A stretch of DNA of 64,000 nt from Polyangiaceae bacterium. GTDB taxonomy: Bacteria; Myxococcota_A; Polyangia; Polyangiales; Polyangiaceae. The position numbers and the translations under genes were made by a program. Below are positions 1 to 9,594 of the stretch, in pieces. The notes beneath the pieces were generated by a model that saw only the letters and a list, made by a program, of their open reading frames with translations, was not told where the DNA came from and searched no databases. How positions within the stretch are numbered: the first letter of the stretch is position 1; every line of letters begins with the position of its first letter. The stretch covers positions 96,001-160,000 of the forward strand of contig JAPSGB010000003.1 in NCBI GenBank assembly GCA_035063585.1. Direction: 5' to 3'.

Positions 1-1265
1 ATGACGAGCTCGGCGGCCTCCGTCCAGCCCAGGTGGCGGAGCATCATCTCGCCGCTCAGGATGACCGAGCCGGGGTTCACCTTGTCGAGGCCGGCGTACT
101 TCGGCGCGGTGCCGTGGGTCGCCTCGAAGATCGCGTGGCCGGTGTCGTAGTTGATGTTGCCGCCGGGCGCGATGCCGATGCCGCCGACCTGCGCCGCGAG
201 CGCGTCGGAGAGGTAGTCGCCGTTCAGGTTCATGGTGGCGATCACGCTGAACTCCTTGGCGCGGGTCAGGACCTGCTGGAGCGTGATGTCCGCGATGCTG
301 TCGCGGATGAGCAGCATCGCTCTCCACTTACCGTCGCCATGGGTGGGCAGGAGCTTCATCGCCGCCTCGACCTCGGCGCGGAGCTCGGCCTGCGACTCGG
401 GCGGCGCCATGTCGTACCCGGGCTCGACCAGCTTGGCGTTCTCCTCGGCGGTGAGCTTCGGGTTCTTCTCGAGGTTGCCGAAGATCCAGCTCTCGCGCTC
501 GGTCACGATCTGGCTCCGGAACTCGCGCTTGGCGAGCGCGTAGCCCCAGTCGCGGAAGCCGCCCTCGGTGAACTTCATGATGTTGCCCTTGTGCACGAGC
601 GCCACGTTCGAGCGCTTCTCGCGGAGCGCGTACTCGATGGCCGCGCGGACCAGCCGCTCGGTGCCCTCTCGCGACACGGGCTTGATGCCGATCCCGCTCG
701 TCTCGGGGAAGCGGATCTTCTTCACGCCCATCTCCTTCTGGAGAAAATCGATGAGCCGCTTCGCCTCGGGCGACTCGGCCTGCCACTCGACCCCGGCGTA
801 GATGTCCTCGGTGTTCTCGCGGAAGATGACGATGTCCACGTCCCCCGGCTTCTTCACCGGGCTCGGCACGTTGGTGAACCAGCGCACCGGGCGCAGGCAC
901 ACGTAGAGATCCAGCTGTTGGCGGAGCGCGACGTTCAGCGAGCGGATGCCCTTGCCGACCGGGGTCGTGAGCGGCCCCTTGATGCCGACCAGATACTTCC
1001 GGTACGCCGCCACCGTCTCGTCGGGGAGCCAGTCGTCGAACTTCTTCTTGGCCTTCTCGCCGGCGTAGACCTCATACCAGGCGATCTTCTTCTTGCCGCC
1101 GTAGGCCTTGGCGACCGCCGCGTCGAGCACCGCCTGCGACGCGCGCCAGATGTCCGGGCCGGTGCCGTCTCCCTCGATGAAGGGCAAAATCGGCTGGTTC
1201 GGCACCTCGAGCTTGCCGGAGTTCATGCGGACGGCGTCACCATGCGTGGGGGCTTCGAAGGTCAT
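1..1265 (-). CDS. icd: NADP-dependent isocitrate dehydrogenase (3' end runs off the window)
   Basis: Not in the ORF track because the stop is outside the window. Manual translation from ATG at 1265: [40 protein letters not shown]...[19 protein letters not shown]...[11 protein letters not shown]...[12 protein letters not shown]...NLNGDYLSD...[13 protein letters not shown], the classic bacterial IDH motifs. Confidence 0.96.
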   Translation of the reverse strand, partial: MTFEAPTHGDAVRMNSGKLEVPNQPILPFIEGDGTGPDIWRASQAVLDAAVAKAYGGKKKIAWYEVYAGEKAKKKFDDWLPDETVAAYRKYLVGIKGPLTTPVGKGIRSLNVALRQQLDLYVCLRPVRWFTNVPSPVKKPGDVDIVIFRENTEDIYAGVEWQAESPEAKRLIDFLQKEMGVKKIRFPETSGIGIKPVSREGTERLVRAAIEYALREKRSNVALVHKGNIMKFTEGGFRDWGYALAKREFRSQIVTERESWIFGNLEKNPKLTAEENAKLVEPGYDMAPPESQAELRAEVEAAMKLLPTHGDGKWRAMLLIRDSIADITLQQVLTRAKEFSVIATMNLNGDYLSDALAAQVGGIGIAPGGNINYDTGHAIFEATHGTAPKYAGLDKVNPGSVILSGEMMLRHLGWTEAAELV

Positions 1266-1371
1266 GCCGGGCACCTATCGCAGCGCATAGCGGGGAGCAA
1301 CCCCGAGGTGTCAGCACGGATGATGCCGGTTCGGCGCGGCCGGCGGCGCGTGAGGACGCGTTCGGCGCGCC

Positions 1372-2088
1372 TCAGCAGCCGCAACCGCTGCAGTTCGCGC
1401 AGGCGGTGCTCCACTGGCAGCTCGAGAGGCAGAACTGCCACGACGAGCCCCCGCAGCAGCGCCAGTTGGTCCCGGCCTTGTACTCGCACGCGTTGCCTGC
1501 CGCGAGCGCGCACGCGCCCCACTGGCAGTCGTTCCCGCACGTCTGCTCCGCGCAGGGGTCGCAGCCGCCCGGCTGCTTCGTGCCGGGCGAGCACGCCTTC
1601 TCGCCGCCGCACGCGCCGTAGTCGCCCCAGGTGCAGTCGCTCTGGCAGGTGCGCGTCCGCTTGCCGCAGTTGCCGCAGGCCTGGTCTTCGGTGTCGTTCG
1701 GGTGGCACGCGCCCTCGTCGGCGCAGCTCGCGGGGCCCCAGGTGCCGTCGTCCAGACACGTCTGGCGGTTCGCGCCGCAGTTGCCGCACTCGCCGAGGTC
1801 CTGCGTCGTTCCGGGCGTGCAGCCGCTCGCGCCGCCGGCCACGCCGCCCCCACCAGCCGAGCCGCTCACCCCGGCGGCGCCGCCGGTGGCCGGTGCGCCG
1901 CCGGCGCCTGCTCGACCGCCCGCTCCGCCCGCTTCGGCGCCGGCCTCCGGGGCCGGCAGCTCGTTGCTGGCCGTTCCGTTCGGCGAGCTGCACCCGACCA
2001 GCGCCGCCAACGCAGACGCAGACACAGACGCGTAGAGCAGCGCGCTCGCCGAGGTGAGCGCGAGCCGAGCGAACCGAACCGTCGCCAC
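1372..2088 (-). CDS. Cys-rich repeat lipoprotein (myxobacterial surface protein)
   Basis: Signal peptide with lipobox (LAALVGC), Gly/Ala linker, then tandem units like CxPGxTxxxxCGNCGxxxxTCxxDxTWG. Start trimmed to GTG at 2088. Confidence 0.7.
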   Translation of the reverse strand: MATVRFARLALTSASALLYASVSASALAALVGCSSPNGTASNELPAPEAGAEAGGAGGRAGAGGAPATGGAAGVSGSAGGGGVAGGASGCTPGTTQDLGECGNCGANRQTCLDDGTWGPASCADEGACHPNDTEDQACGNCGKRTRTCQSDCTWGDYGACGGEKACSPGTKQPGGCDPCAEQTCGNDCQWGACALAAGNACEYKAGTNWRCCGGSSWQFCLSSCQWSTACANCSGCGC

Positions 2089-2167
2089 GATGCGCGCATC
2101 ATACCCGGTTTCGCCTCGCCGCTGCGAGCGGAACTTCCGTGACCGAGCCCGTGGTATCGTCCTTCGC

Positions 2168-4183
2168 GTGCGGCTCGTGGTGCTCGCTTCGGGGCTCGCC
2201 CTCACCGCCGCGGCGTGCTCGCCAGCGAGCGACGAAGCCGCTCGGACGCCGACGCGCGTCCGCGCCGACTACGCGGCGACCGGCGATTTTTACGCGCGGC
2301 CGTTCCCGGACGACGCGCGCCTGACCGCCGAGGGCCGGCCCGATCTCTCCGGGTTCCCGCGCGCCGAGGGCTCGGTGTTCCTCCAGAAGACCATCGCGCT
2401 CGCGGAGCGCGACGCGCGCGGATTCGCGACCACCGCCGGCGTCTACTTCGCGCTCGACGGCCCGCTCGAACGGAGCGTCGAGGCGGATTTCTCGGCGAGC
2501 CTCGCGCCCGAGGCGGGGGTCTTCCTGGTGAACCTCGCGAGCGGCGAGCGCGCGCCGGTGCGCGTGCACTTCGATGCGGACGGCGGGCCCTTCGGCGCGC
2601 CCAACCTGCTCGCCTTGAGCCCGCTCCAAGGGCGCCCGCTCGCGCCGCGGGCGCGCTACGCCGCGGTGGTCAGGCGCACCGTGCGCGACGCCGCGGGCGC
2701 GTCGCTCGGGGTCCCGCGTTCGCTCGCGGAGCTCATCGCGGGGCGCGTGCCCGAGGGGATGAGCGCGGCCGTCGCGGAGGAGCACTCGGACGCGCTCGCG
2801 CGGCTCGCCGAGCTCGGCGTCCCCTCGAGCTCGCTCGCCGGTCTCGCCGTGTTCACCACCGACGACCCGGTGGCGGGTCTCGCGGCGGTGCGAGCGGCCA
2901 TGCTCGCGCGCCCGCTCCCTCGGCCGGTCGAGCCGTTTCGAGCGGACGAGACCTTCGACGACTTCTGCGTGTTCTCGTCCACCATCGACATGCCCGACTA
3001 CCAGAGCGGCACGCCGCCCTTCAATGAGGTCGGGGGGGACTGGCGCTTCGACGACGCGGGCGCGCCCATCTTCCAGCGCGACGAGCCCGCGCGCCTGGTG
3101 GTCACGGTGCCGCGCGGGAAGATGCCGCCGGCCGGCTTCCCGATCGTGCTCCTCAGCCGCACCGGCGCCGGCGGCGATCGCCCCCTCGTCGATCGCGGCG
3201 TGCAGCCCGCGACCGGAGAGCCCGCGCTCGAGCCCGGTACCGGGCCGGCGCTCGAGTTCGCCCGGGTCGGCTGGGCGGGCGCGAGCGTCGATGGCCCCCA
3301 CGGCGGGCTCCGCAACGTCACGGCCCGCGACGAGCAGTTCCTGATGTTCAACATCACGAACCCCGCGGCGCTCCGCGACAACGTCCGGCAGTCCGCCGCC
3401 GAGCTCGCGCTCCAGGCGCACGTGCTCGCGGCGCTCTCGTTCGACGCCTCGTCGTGCCCTGGGCTCGACACCGGTGGCGCGCCGGTGCGCTTCGACGCGA
3501 GCCGGCTCGCGCTCATGGGCCACAGCATGGGCGGGACGATCGCGCCCCTCACCCTCGCGGTGGAGCCCGGATTTCACGCCGCCATCTTGAGCGGCGCGGG
3601 CGGGAGCTACATCGAGAACGTGCTCTACAAGCTCCACCCGGTGCCGGTGAAGGGCCCGGCCGAGCTCCTGCTCGGCGTGGCGGGGCAGTACTCGCTCACC
3701 GAGCAGGATCCGGCGCTGAACCTCTTCCAGTGGGCGGCGGAGCCGGCCGATCCCCCGGTCTACGCGCCCTATGTCGTCCACGCGCCGCGCGAGGGCACGC
3801 CGACGAGCGTGCTCATGGTGCAGGGCATCGTCGATCACTACATCATGCCGACCATCTCCCAGGCGACCAGCCTCTCGCTCGGCCTCGATCTGGCCGGTGA
3901 GGCGCTCGACGAGGACACGCCCGAGATTGCGACGTTCCCGACGCTGGCCGCGCGCCTCCCGTTCTCGGGCCGAGCGCGGGTGGCGCTCCCGGCGCGCGCC
4001 AACATCGATCCCGAGACGACCGCAGTCGTCGTGCAAGCTCGCGAGGACGGCGTCGAGGACGGCCACGAGGTCATCTTCCAGACGGAGGGGCCGAAGCGGC
4101 AGTACCGCTGCTTTCTCGCGAGCTTCGCGGCGGGCGCGCCCACCGTGCCGCCGCCGAGCCCGGAGAGCGGGCCATGTCCTTGA
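2168..4183 (+). CDS. Lipoprotein with N-terminal Ig-like region and C-terminal alpha/beta-hydrolase (lipase-like) domain
   Basis: Lipobox TAAAC; nucleophile elbow GHSMGG; candidate Asp (GIVDHY) and His (DGHEVIF). Start estimated at GTG 2168. Confidence 0.72.
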   Translation: MRLVVLASGLALTAAACSPASDEAARTPTRVRADYAATGDFYARPFPDDARLTAEGRPDLSGFPRAEGSVFLQKTIALAERDARGFATTAGVYFALDGPLERSVEADFSASLAPEAGVFLVNLASGERAPVRVHFDADGGPFGAPNLLALSPLQGRPLAPRARYAAVVRRTVRDAAGASLGVPRSLAELIAGRVPEGMSAAVAEEHSDALARLAELGVPSSSLAGLAVFTTDDPVAGLAAVRAAMLARPLPRPVEPFRADETFDDFCVFSSTIDMPDYQSGTPPFNEVGGDWRFDDAGAPIFQRDEPARLVVTVPRGKMPPAGFPIVLLSRTGAGGDRPLVDRGVQPATGEPALEPGTGPALEFARVGWAGASVDGPHGGLRNVTARDEQFLMFNITNPAALRDNVRQSAAELALQAHVLAALSFDASSCPGLDTGGAPVRFDASRLALMGHSMGGTIAPLTLAVEPGFHAAILSGAGGSYIENVLYKLHPVPVKGPAELLLGVAGQYSLTEQDPALNLFQWAAEPADPPVYAPYVVHAPREGTPTSVLMVQGIVDHYIMPTISQATSLSLGLDLAGEALDEDTPEIATFPTLAARLPFSGRARVALPARANIDPETTAVVVQAREDGVEDGHEVIFQTEGPKRQYRCFLASFAAGAPTVPPPSPESGPCP

Positions 4184-4221
4184 TTTTCCCACTGCGTGAG
4201 CCAGGCTGAGCTCCTCCGAGG

Positions 4222-5487
4222 GTGCGCGTGGACATCGCCAAGGTCATCGAGGGGCGCTACGTCCTCAAAGAGGAGCTCGGGCGCGGCGGCCTCGGCGTCG
4301 TGTATGCCGCCCACGACGAGCGGCTCGGGCGCGAGGTCGCGCTCAAGCTGCTCTTGCGCGCGGAGCTCGCCATGGCGGATCCGGAGGCGCTCACGCTCTT
4401 GAAGCCGCGTCTCGCGACGGCCCTCTCGCAGGCCTCGCGGCAGCGCTTCTTCCACGAGGCGCGCGCGCTCGCGCGGATAGACAGCCCGCACAGCGTCCGT
4501 ATCCACGACCTCGGCGTGCTCGAGCCCGGGGTCCCGTTCATCGTGATGGAGCGGCTCCGCGGCATGGATCTCGGCGCGTACCTGGCCGAGTGCGGCGGCC
4601 CGCTCCCGCCAGGCGACGCGGTCGGGATCGGCCTCGAGATCGCCACCGGAGCCGCGCACGCCCACGCCGAGCGGCTGATCCACCGCGACCTCAAGCCGCA
4701 GAACGTGTTTCTCCACGTCCATCGCGGCAGGGCCACGGTAAAGCTGCTCGATTTTGGCATCGCCAAGGGGACCAGCGACTACGAGACGCTCACCCGCTCG
4801 GGCGATCTCCTGGGCTCGCTGCCGTACATGTCGCCCGAGCAGCTCTCGCACGCCGCGTCGGTGACGGTGACCAGCGACATCTGGTCGATCGGGGTCACGC
4901 TCTACGAGGCGCTCACCGGGGTCCGCCCGTTCCGGTCGGCGCACCCCGGGCAGCTCCTGCTCGAGATCCAGAGCGTGAACCCGCCGCTCCCGAGCAGCCG
5001 CGCGCGCGGCATCGGCCCGGCGCTCGACGCGCTCGTCCTCCGCTGCCTCGAGAAGGACCCCGCGGCCCGCTTCGCGACCGCCGACGCGCTCGTCCGCGCG
5101 CTCGAGAGCTGCGCGGACGGCGAGCTCGGCGTCGCGGCGCTCGCGGTGCGCGAGGGGTGGCGCGCGGGGGCGGTGATCCGGTTCCCGCTCACGGAGAGTC
5201 AGGTGTTCGGCTCGTCTCCCGAGGCGAACGTGCGGCTCGGCAGCCACCGCGCGGAGCCGCGTCACTTCCGCGTCCGCGGGAGCGTGAGTGGGTTGCTCAC
5301 CCTGGAGGACCTCGGCTCACGCGACGGTACCACGCTGAACGGACGCCGCGTCGGCTCGGCCCCGGTGCGCCCCGGCGACCTCATCGGCGTCGCGGGCGAG
5401 CGCTTCGAGTACCTGGGCCCCGAGCGGCCCAGCGTGCCGCTGCCGCCCGACCTCGAACGCAGCGGCCCGCCCGTGCTCGAATGGTAA
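4222..5487 (+). CDS. Ser/Thr protein kinase with C-terminal FHA-like domain
   Basis: LGRGGLGVVY, VALK, HRDLKPQN, DFG, GSLPYMSPE, DIWSIG; C-terminal LEDLGSRDGTTLNG...GDLIGV is FHA-like. Confidence 0.92.
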   Translation: MRVDIAKVIEGRYVLKEELGRGGLGVVYAAHDERLGREVALKLLLRAELAMADPEALTLLKPRLATALSQASRQRFFHEARALARIDSPHSVRIHDLGVLEPGVPFIVMERLRGMDLGAYLAECGGPLPPGDAVGIGLEIATGAAHAHAERLIHRDLKPQNVFLHVHRGRATVKLLDFGIAKGTSDYETLTRSGDLLGSLPYMSPEQLSHAASVTVTSDIWSIGVTLYEALTGVRPFRSAHPGQLLLEIQSVNPPLPSSRARGIGPALDALVLRCLEKDPAARFATADALVRALESCADGELGVAALAVREGWRAGAVIRFPLTESQVFGSSPEANVRLGSHRAEPRHFRVRGSVSGLLTLEDLGSRDGTTLNGRRVGSAPVRPGDLIGVAGERFEYLGPERPSVPLPPDLERSGPPVLEW

Positions 5488-5506
5488 CAGTATATTAGAT
5501 GATTTA

Positions 5507-5692
5507 CTATTGAAGTGTCGTCGGTTCGGCGCGGGGCCGCCGGGCGCGCCGCCGCGGCGCGACGCGGAGGGCGGCCTCCGCCCGCGGAGGCAGCTTGCCG
5601 GTGGCGCGCACCTCGCTGAGCAGCCGGCGGAGCTCGTAGACGGACAGCACGGCGAGCCATGGCGTCCGGGGCGTCGTCTTCGTGTTCGTCAT
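5507..5692 (-). CDS. Small basic hypothetical protein (61 aa), or a small RNA locus
   Basis: MTNTKTTPRTPWLAVLSVYELRRLLSEVRATGKLPP...; fills the gap between the kinase and GDE genes and is preceded by a sigma-54 promoter match. Confidence 0.45.
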   Translation of the reverse strand: MTNTKTTPRTPWLAVLSVYELRRLLSEVRATGKLPPRAEAALRVAPRRRARRPRAEPTTLQ

Positions 5693-5704
5693 GCGGAGGG
5701 CATC

Positions 5705-5720
5705 AGCACGAGCCGTGCCA
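5705..5720 (-). promoter_or_regulatory. Sigma-54 (-24/-12) promoter
   Basis: Minus strand reads TGGCACGGCTCGTGCT: TGGCACG-N4-GTGCT with exact GG-N10-GC spacing. Confidence 0.7.
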
Positions 5721-5880
5721 GGGCGAATCGCCGGAACTTCTCGAGGTTCCCGGGGTCCCGGCCTCCGGAGCCGTGGCCCGGCGGGCACAGCCGCGCGACG
5801 CGGTTGCCACGCGAACCGTGCTTCGCACCTCGACGCCTCGGCCTCGGCCGGCGCGCGGCGAGGTAACCTCGGGGTGACGG

Positions 5881-7788
5881 ATGACTTCCGCTCCGGCAAG
5901 ACCTCGCGAGTGGCTCGAGCCCGACGGGCTCGGTGGCTTTGCCTCCGGGACCACCGAGCTCTTTCGCACGCGGCGCTACCACGGGCTCCTGGTCGCCGCG
6001 GCGAGCCCGCCCGCCGATCGGCGGATGCTCGTGTCGGGGCTCGAGGCGTGGCTCACGACCGCTCGCGGTCGGCGCGCGCTCTCCGCGCAGCGCTACGCGC
6101 CCGGCGTCGTGTTCCCGGACGGCGCCTCGCGGCTCGAGAGCTTCGCGGCCGAGCCCTGGCCGACCTTCACCTTCGACGTGGATGGCCTCAGACTCGAGCA
6201 CGAGCTCTTCATGGTGCACGGCGCGCCGCTCGTGGTGCTCTCGTGGAGCGCGGCTCGGTCCGCGCCGCTCGCGCGCGACGCGCCCGTCACGCTCGAGGTG
6301 CGGCCGCTGCTCGCCGGGCGCGACTTCCACGCGCTCATGCGCGAGAACGGCGCGTTTCGTTTCGAGCCCGAGCGGCGCGGCGAGCGGCTCGAGTTCCGCC
6401 CTTATGACGGGGTTCCCGAGCTCGTCGTGCTCTCCGACGGCGTCTACGCGCACGCCCCCGACTGGTATCGGAACTTCCTCTACGCCGAAGAGCACGCGCG
6501 CGGGCTCGACGCGACCGAGGATCTGGCCTCACCCGGCGTCTTCACCTGGGAGCTCGACCAGGGTCCGGCCACGCTGGTCTTCGCCATGAAGTCTCCGGAG
6601 GCCGAGGAGCTGCTGGTCGGTCCGGCGCGGAACCTCGCGGCGCGCCTGCGCGACCGCGAGCGCGCTCGTCGCGGCGCGTTCCCGTCGCGCGTGGCGCGCG
6701 CGGCGGACGCGTACCTGGTACGTCGTGGCGCCGGGCGCACCATCATCGCCGGCTACCCGTGGTTCGGCGACTGGGGTCGCGACACCTTCATCTCGCTGCG
6801 CGGGCTCGCCTTGGCGACCGGACGCTTCGACGATGCGCGCGACATCTTGGTCGAGTGGGCGGGCGCGGTGAGCGAGGGCATGCTGCCGAATCGCTTCCCC
6901 GACCACGGCGAGGCCCCCGAGTACAACTCCGTGGACGCCTCGCTCTGGTACGTGATCGCGGTGGCGGAGCTCCTCCGCGCGGCGCCGGGCGCGGTCCGCC
7001 CCGAACAGCGCGGCGCGCTCTGCGCCGCCGTCTCGGCGATCCTCGACGGCTACACGCGGGGCACCCGCTATGGGATCCGCATGGATCCGCGAGACGCGCT
7101 CCTCCGCGCGGGCGAGCCCGGCGTGCAGCTCACCTGGATGGACGCCAAGATCGGCGACTACGTGGTCACCCCGCGCATCGGCAAGCCGGTGGAGGTCCAG
7201 GCGCTCTGGATCAACGCGCTCGCGATCGGGGCCGAGCTCGACGAGCGCTGGCGCGCGCCGTACGAGCGCGGGGTCGCGAGCTTTGGCGCGCGCTTCTGGA
7301 ACGCCGAGCAGGGCTGCCTCTTCGACGTGCTCGAGCCCGACGACGCCGCGCTCCGGCCGAACCAGATCTTCGCGGTCGGCGGCCTGCCGCACGCGCTCCT
7401 CGCGGGTGAGCGTGCGCGCCGGGTGGTCGAGCGGGTCGAGGAGGCGCTCGTGACGCCGCTCGGGCTCCGCAGCCTCGCGCCGGGCGAGCCCGGGTACCGC
7501 GCGCGTTATGAGGGCGGCGTGTTCGAGCGCGACTCGGCGTACCATCAAGGCACCGTGTGGCCGTGGCTCATGGGGCCGTTCGTCGAGGCGTGGCTCCGCG
7601 TGGGCAAGAGCCGGGACGAGGCACGGCGGCGCTTCCTCGCGCCGCTCCGCGCCGCGCTCGACGCCTGGGGCGTCGGTCACTTGCCCGAGATCGCCGACGC
7701 GGAGCCGCCGCTGACGCCGCGCGGCTGTCCGTTCCAGGCGTGGTCGCTCGGCGAGCTGCTCCGCATCGAGCGGCTGCTCGCGGACTAG
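5881..7788 (+). CDS. Glycogen debranching enzyme family protein (amylo-alpha-1,6-glucosidase, GDE N + C domains)
   Basis: REWLEPDGLGGFASGT, TRRYHGLL, IIAGYPWFGDWGRDTFISL, LTWMDAK, RPNQIFA, AYHQGTVWPWL, GCPFQAWS. Confidence 0.93.
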   Translation: MTSAPARPREWLEPDGLGGFASGTTELFRTRRYHGLLVAAASPPADRRMLVSGLEAWLTTARGRRALSAQRYAPGVVFPDGASRLESFAAEPWPTFTFDVDGLRLEHELFMVHGAPLVVLSWSAARSAPLARDAPVTLEVRPLLAGRDFHALMRENGAFRFEPERRGERLEFRPYDGVPELVVLSDGVYAHAPDWYRNFLYAEEHARGLDATEDLASPGVFTWELDQGPATLVFAMKSPEAEELLVGPARNLAARLRDRERARRGAFPSRVARAADAYLVRRGAGRTIIAGYPWFGDWGRDTFISLRGLALATGRFDDARDILVEWAGAVSEGMLPNRFPDHGEAPEYNSVDASLWYVIAVAELLRAAPGAVRPEQRGALCAAVSAILDGYTRGTRYGIRMDPRDALLRAGEPGVQLTWMDAKIGDYVVTPRIGKPVEVQALWINALAIGAELDERWRAPYERGVASFGARFWNAEQGCLFDVLEPDDAALRPNQIFAVGGLPHALLAGERARRVVERVEEALVTPLGLRSLAPGEPGYRARYEGGVFERDSAYHQGTVWPWLMGPFVEAWLRVGKSRDEARRRFLAPLRAALDAWGVGHLPEIADAEPPLTPRGCPFQAWSLGELLRIERLLAD

Positions 7789-9425
7789 CCGCGCCGTCGT
7801 CGGCGCGCGGCGAGCGCGAGCGCCGCGGCGAGCGCGAGCGCCGCCGCGCTCGAGCGGCTGGCAGGAGCGAGCCGGCAGCCGCAGCCCGATGAGTCCTCCG
7901 CGGCGCCGCCGCCCGTGGTTCCGCCGGTCGAGGCGTCCCCCGGCCCGTTCGCCGCGCCGCCGCTGGCCGCGCCGCCGCTGGCCGCGCCGCCGCTGGCCGC
8001 GCCGCCGCTGGCCGCGCCGCCGCTCGCCGTGCCTCCGTCGCGGCCCGCAGCGCCGCCCGCTCCGCTCACCCCGCCGTCGGCCGGCTCGACCGACGGATCG
8101 TGCCACTCGTAGGCGCCGAGATCGACGCCGGCGCCCTGCGGCCGCGCGATCCCGTCCGCGTCGAGCGGCGGGGCGAGCTCCGCGCTCCCGGTGTCGACCG
8201 CGGGCGCGTTCGGGAGGAGATGGAGATCGAAGCTCGCCGGATCCACGAAAAACGCGGCGAGGTCGGTGAGCTTCGTGTCGTGGTCCTCCGTGACGTTCGT
8301 GCCGCTCACCTTGAACGCGGTCGCGAGGTTGTTTCGGACCACGACGTTCTCGCTCGGGGTGCCGTCCTTGTGAGCGGTCACCATGATCCAGGGCGGACCG
8401 GGCGTGCGATCGTTCACGTCGATGACGGTGTTGTTCACGATCCGGGAGTCCCTCATCCCGTAGAAGCTGATCCCGTGCCAGTGATCGGTGATGACCACGT
8501 TGTTCTCGACCACCCAGCCCTCGAAGAAGCCGTCGAAGCAGCCGATGCCCTGCATCGTGGCCTGGAGCGGTTGGTTCGGATCCGAGCGGTTGATGAACAC
8601 GTTGCCGCGGAGCACGACGCCCTTCACGGCGCCGGTGCCGACGCCGCCCGAGCCCACCGACCAGCTCTGGAACCCGTCGTCGTGGTTGCCGTCGCCGTCG
8701 TCGTCGCCCACGTAGCAGTCTTTCACGACGTTGTACTGAAAGACGCCGTCGTCGCCGAGCCCGCGGAGGCCGTCGGCGGAGAACCCAACCACGCGGTTCC
8801 TGTCGATGCGCGCGCGGGGCCCGGAGACGCTGATCCCGAAGCGCACGTTCTCGAGCTCGCAGTTCGCGATGGTCACGTCCGCCCCCGCGACGCTGATCCC
8901 GCTGCTCGCGACGTCGATCCAGTCGCTCGCGCCCCATCCGCTCGCGTCAGGGACGCTGAAGAGCTTCGCGCCGTCGATGGTGATGCGCGCGCTCGCGCCG
9001 TCGATGGTGATGAGCGTCCCGCCTCCCGCGGCGCCGTCGAAGGACGGGCTCACCGTGAGGCCGCGCACGGTGACCCCCTTGGTTCCCTTGAAGGTGAGCT
9101 TGCTTGCGGTCGGTGTGGCGCCGGGCGCGGCCGCGAGCACGATCGGCGGCGCGTAGTCCCCGGCGCCGAGCGAAGGCGCGCCGTGCGAACCGCTGCGGAG
9201 CCACACGGTGTCGCCGGCGGCGATGGTCGAGCCGAACGCGCCGCTCTTCACCACCTGCTCGAGCGTCTTCCAAGGTTTCGCGGAGCTGCCGTCACCCGCG
9301 TCCGAGCCCGCCGCGGGGTCGACGTAGAAATCCGCCGCGCGCGCGACCGATGGTGCGAGGAGCGCGAGCCCGAAGGCGCCGAGCGTGAGCGTGCCGATCC
9401 GTGAGCGTCGAGTTCCCATGGCCAT
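7785..9425 (-). CDS. Secreted right-handed beta-helix (pectin-lyase-like) protein with MYXO-CTERM-type tail
   Basis: Signal peptide (VARA|ADFYVD), parallel beta-helix repeats, DLGAYE motif, GGAAS linker, C-terminal GCGC-hydrophobic-RRRRR sorting signal. Confidence 0.85.
   Translation of the reverse strand: MAMGTRRSRIGTLTLGAFGLALLAPSVARAADFYVDPAAGSDAGDGSSAKPWKTLEQVVKSGAFGSTIAAGDTVWLRSGSHGAPSLGAGDYAPPIVLAAAPGATPTASKLTFKGTKGVTVRGLTVSPSFDGAAGGGTLITIDGASARITIDGAKLFSVPDASGWGASDWIDVASSGISVAGADVTIANCELENVRFGISVSGPRARIDRNRVVGFSADGLRGLGDDGVFQYNVVKDCYVGDDDGDGNHDDGFQSWSVGSGGVGTGAVKGVVLRGNVFINRSDPNQPLQATMQGIGCFDGFFEGWVVENNVVITDHWHGISFYGMRDSRIVNNTVIDVNDRTPGPPWIMVTAHKDGTPSENVVVRNNLATAFKVSGTNVTEDHDTKLTDLAAFFVDPASFDLHLLPNAPAVDTGSAELAPPLDADGIARPQGAGVDLGAYEWHDPSVEPADGGVSGAGGAAGRDGGTASGGAASGGAASGGAASGGAASGGAANGPGDASTGGTTGGGAAEDSSGCGCRLAPASRSSAAALALAAALALAARRRRRG
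7951..8025. repeat. Coding tandem repeat, 15 bp x5 (GCCGCGCCGCCGCTG), encodes SGGAA linker
   Basis: Directly visible. Confidence 0.9.
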
Positions 9426-9594
9426 CCTTCCCCTTGCTGCTCGAGCATGATGTCACGTCGCGCGGCGTGAACGGTCAGGATCTTGCGCCACCCGGGCGGT
9501 CGCGCGCGGTCCGGCCCGGCTCGCTTGCCCGGCCGGGGTATCCCGGGCCCGGCGGGCGCCTCGAGGCGGTGGCGCGTCGCGACGCCCGGGCCGG

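Noticed and set aside
33..2057. 674-aa plus-strand ORF
   Set aside because: Antisense shadow of icd and the Cys-rich lipoprotein; no recognisable motifs.
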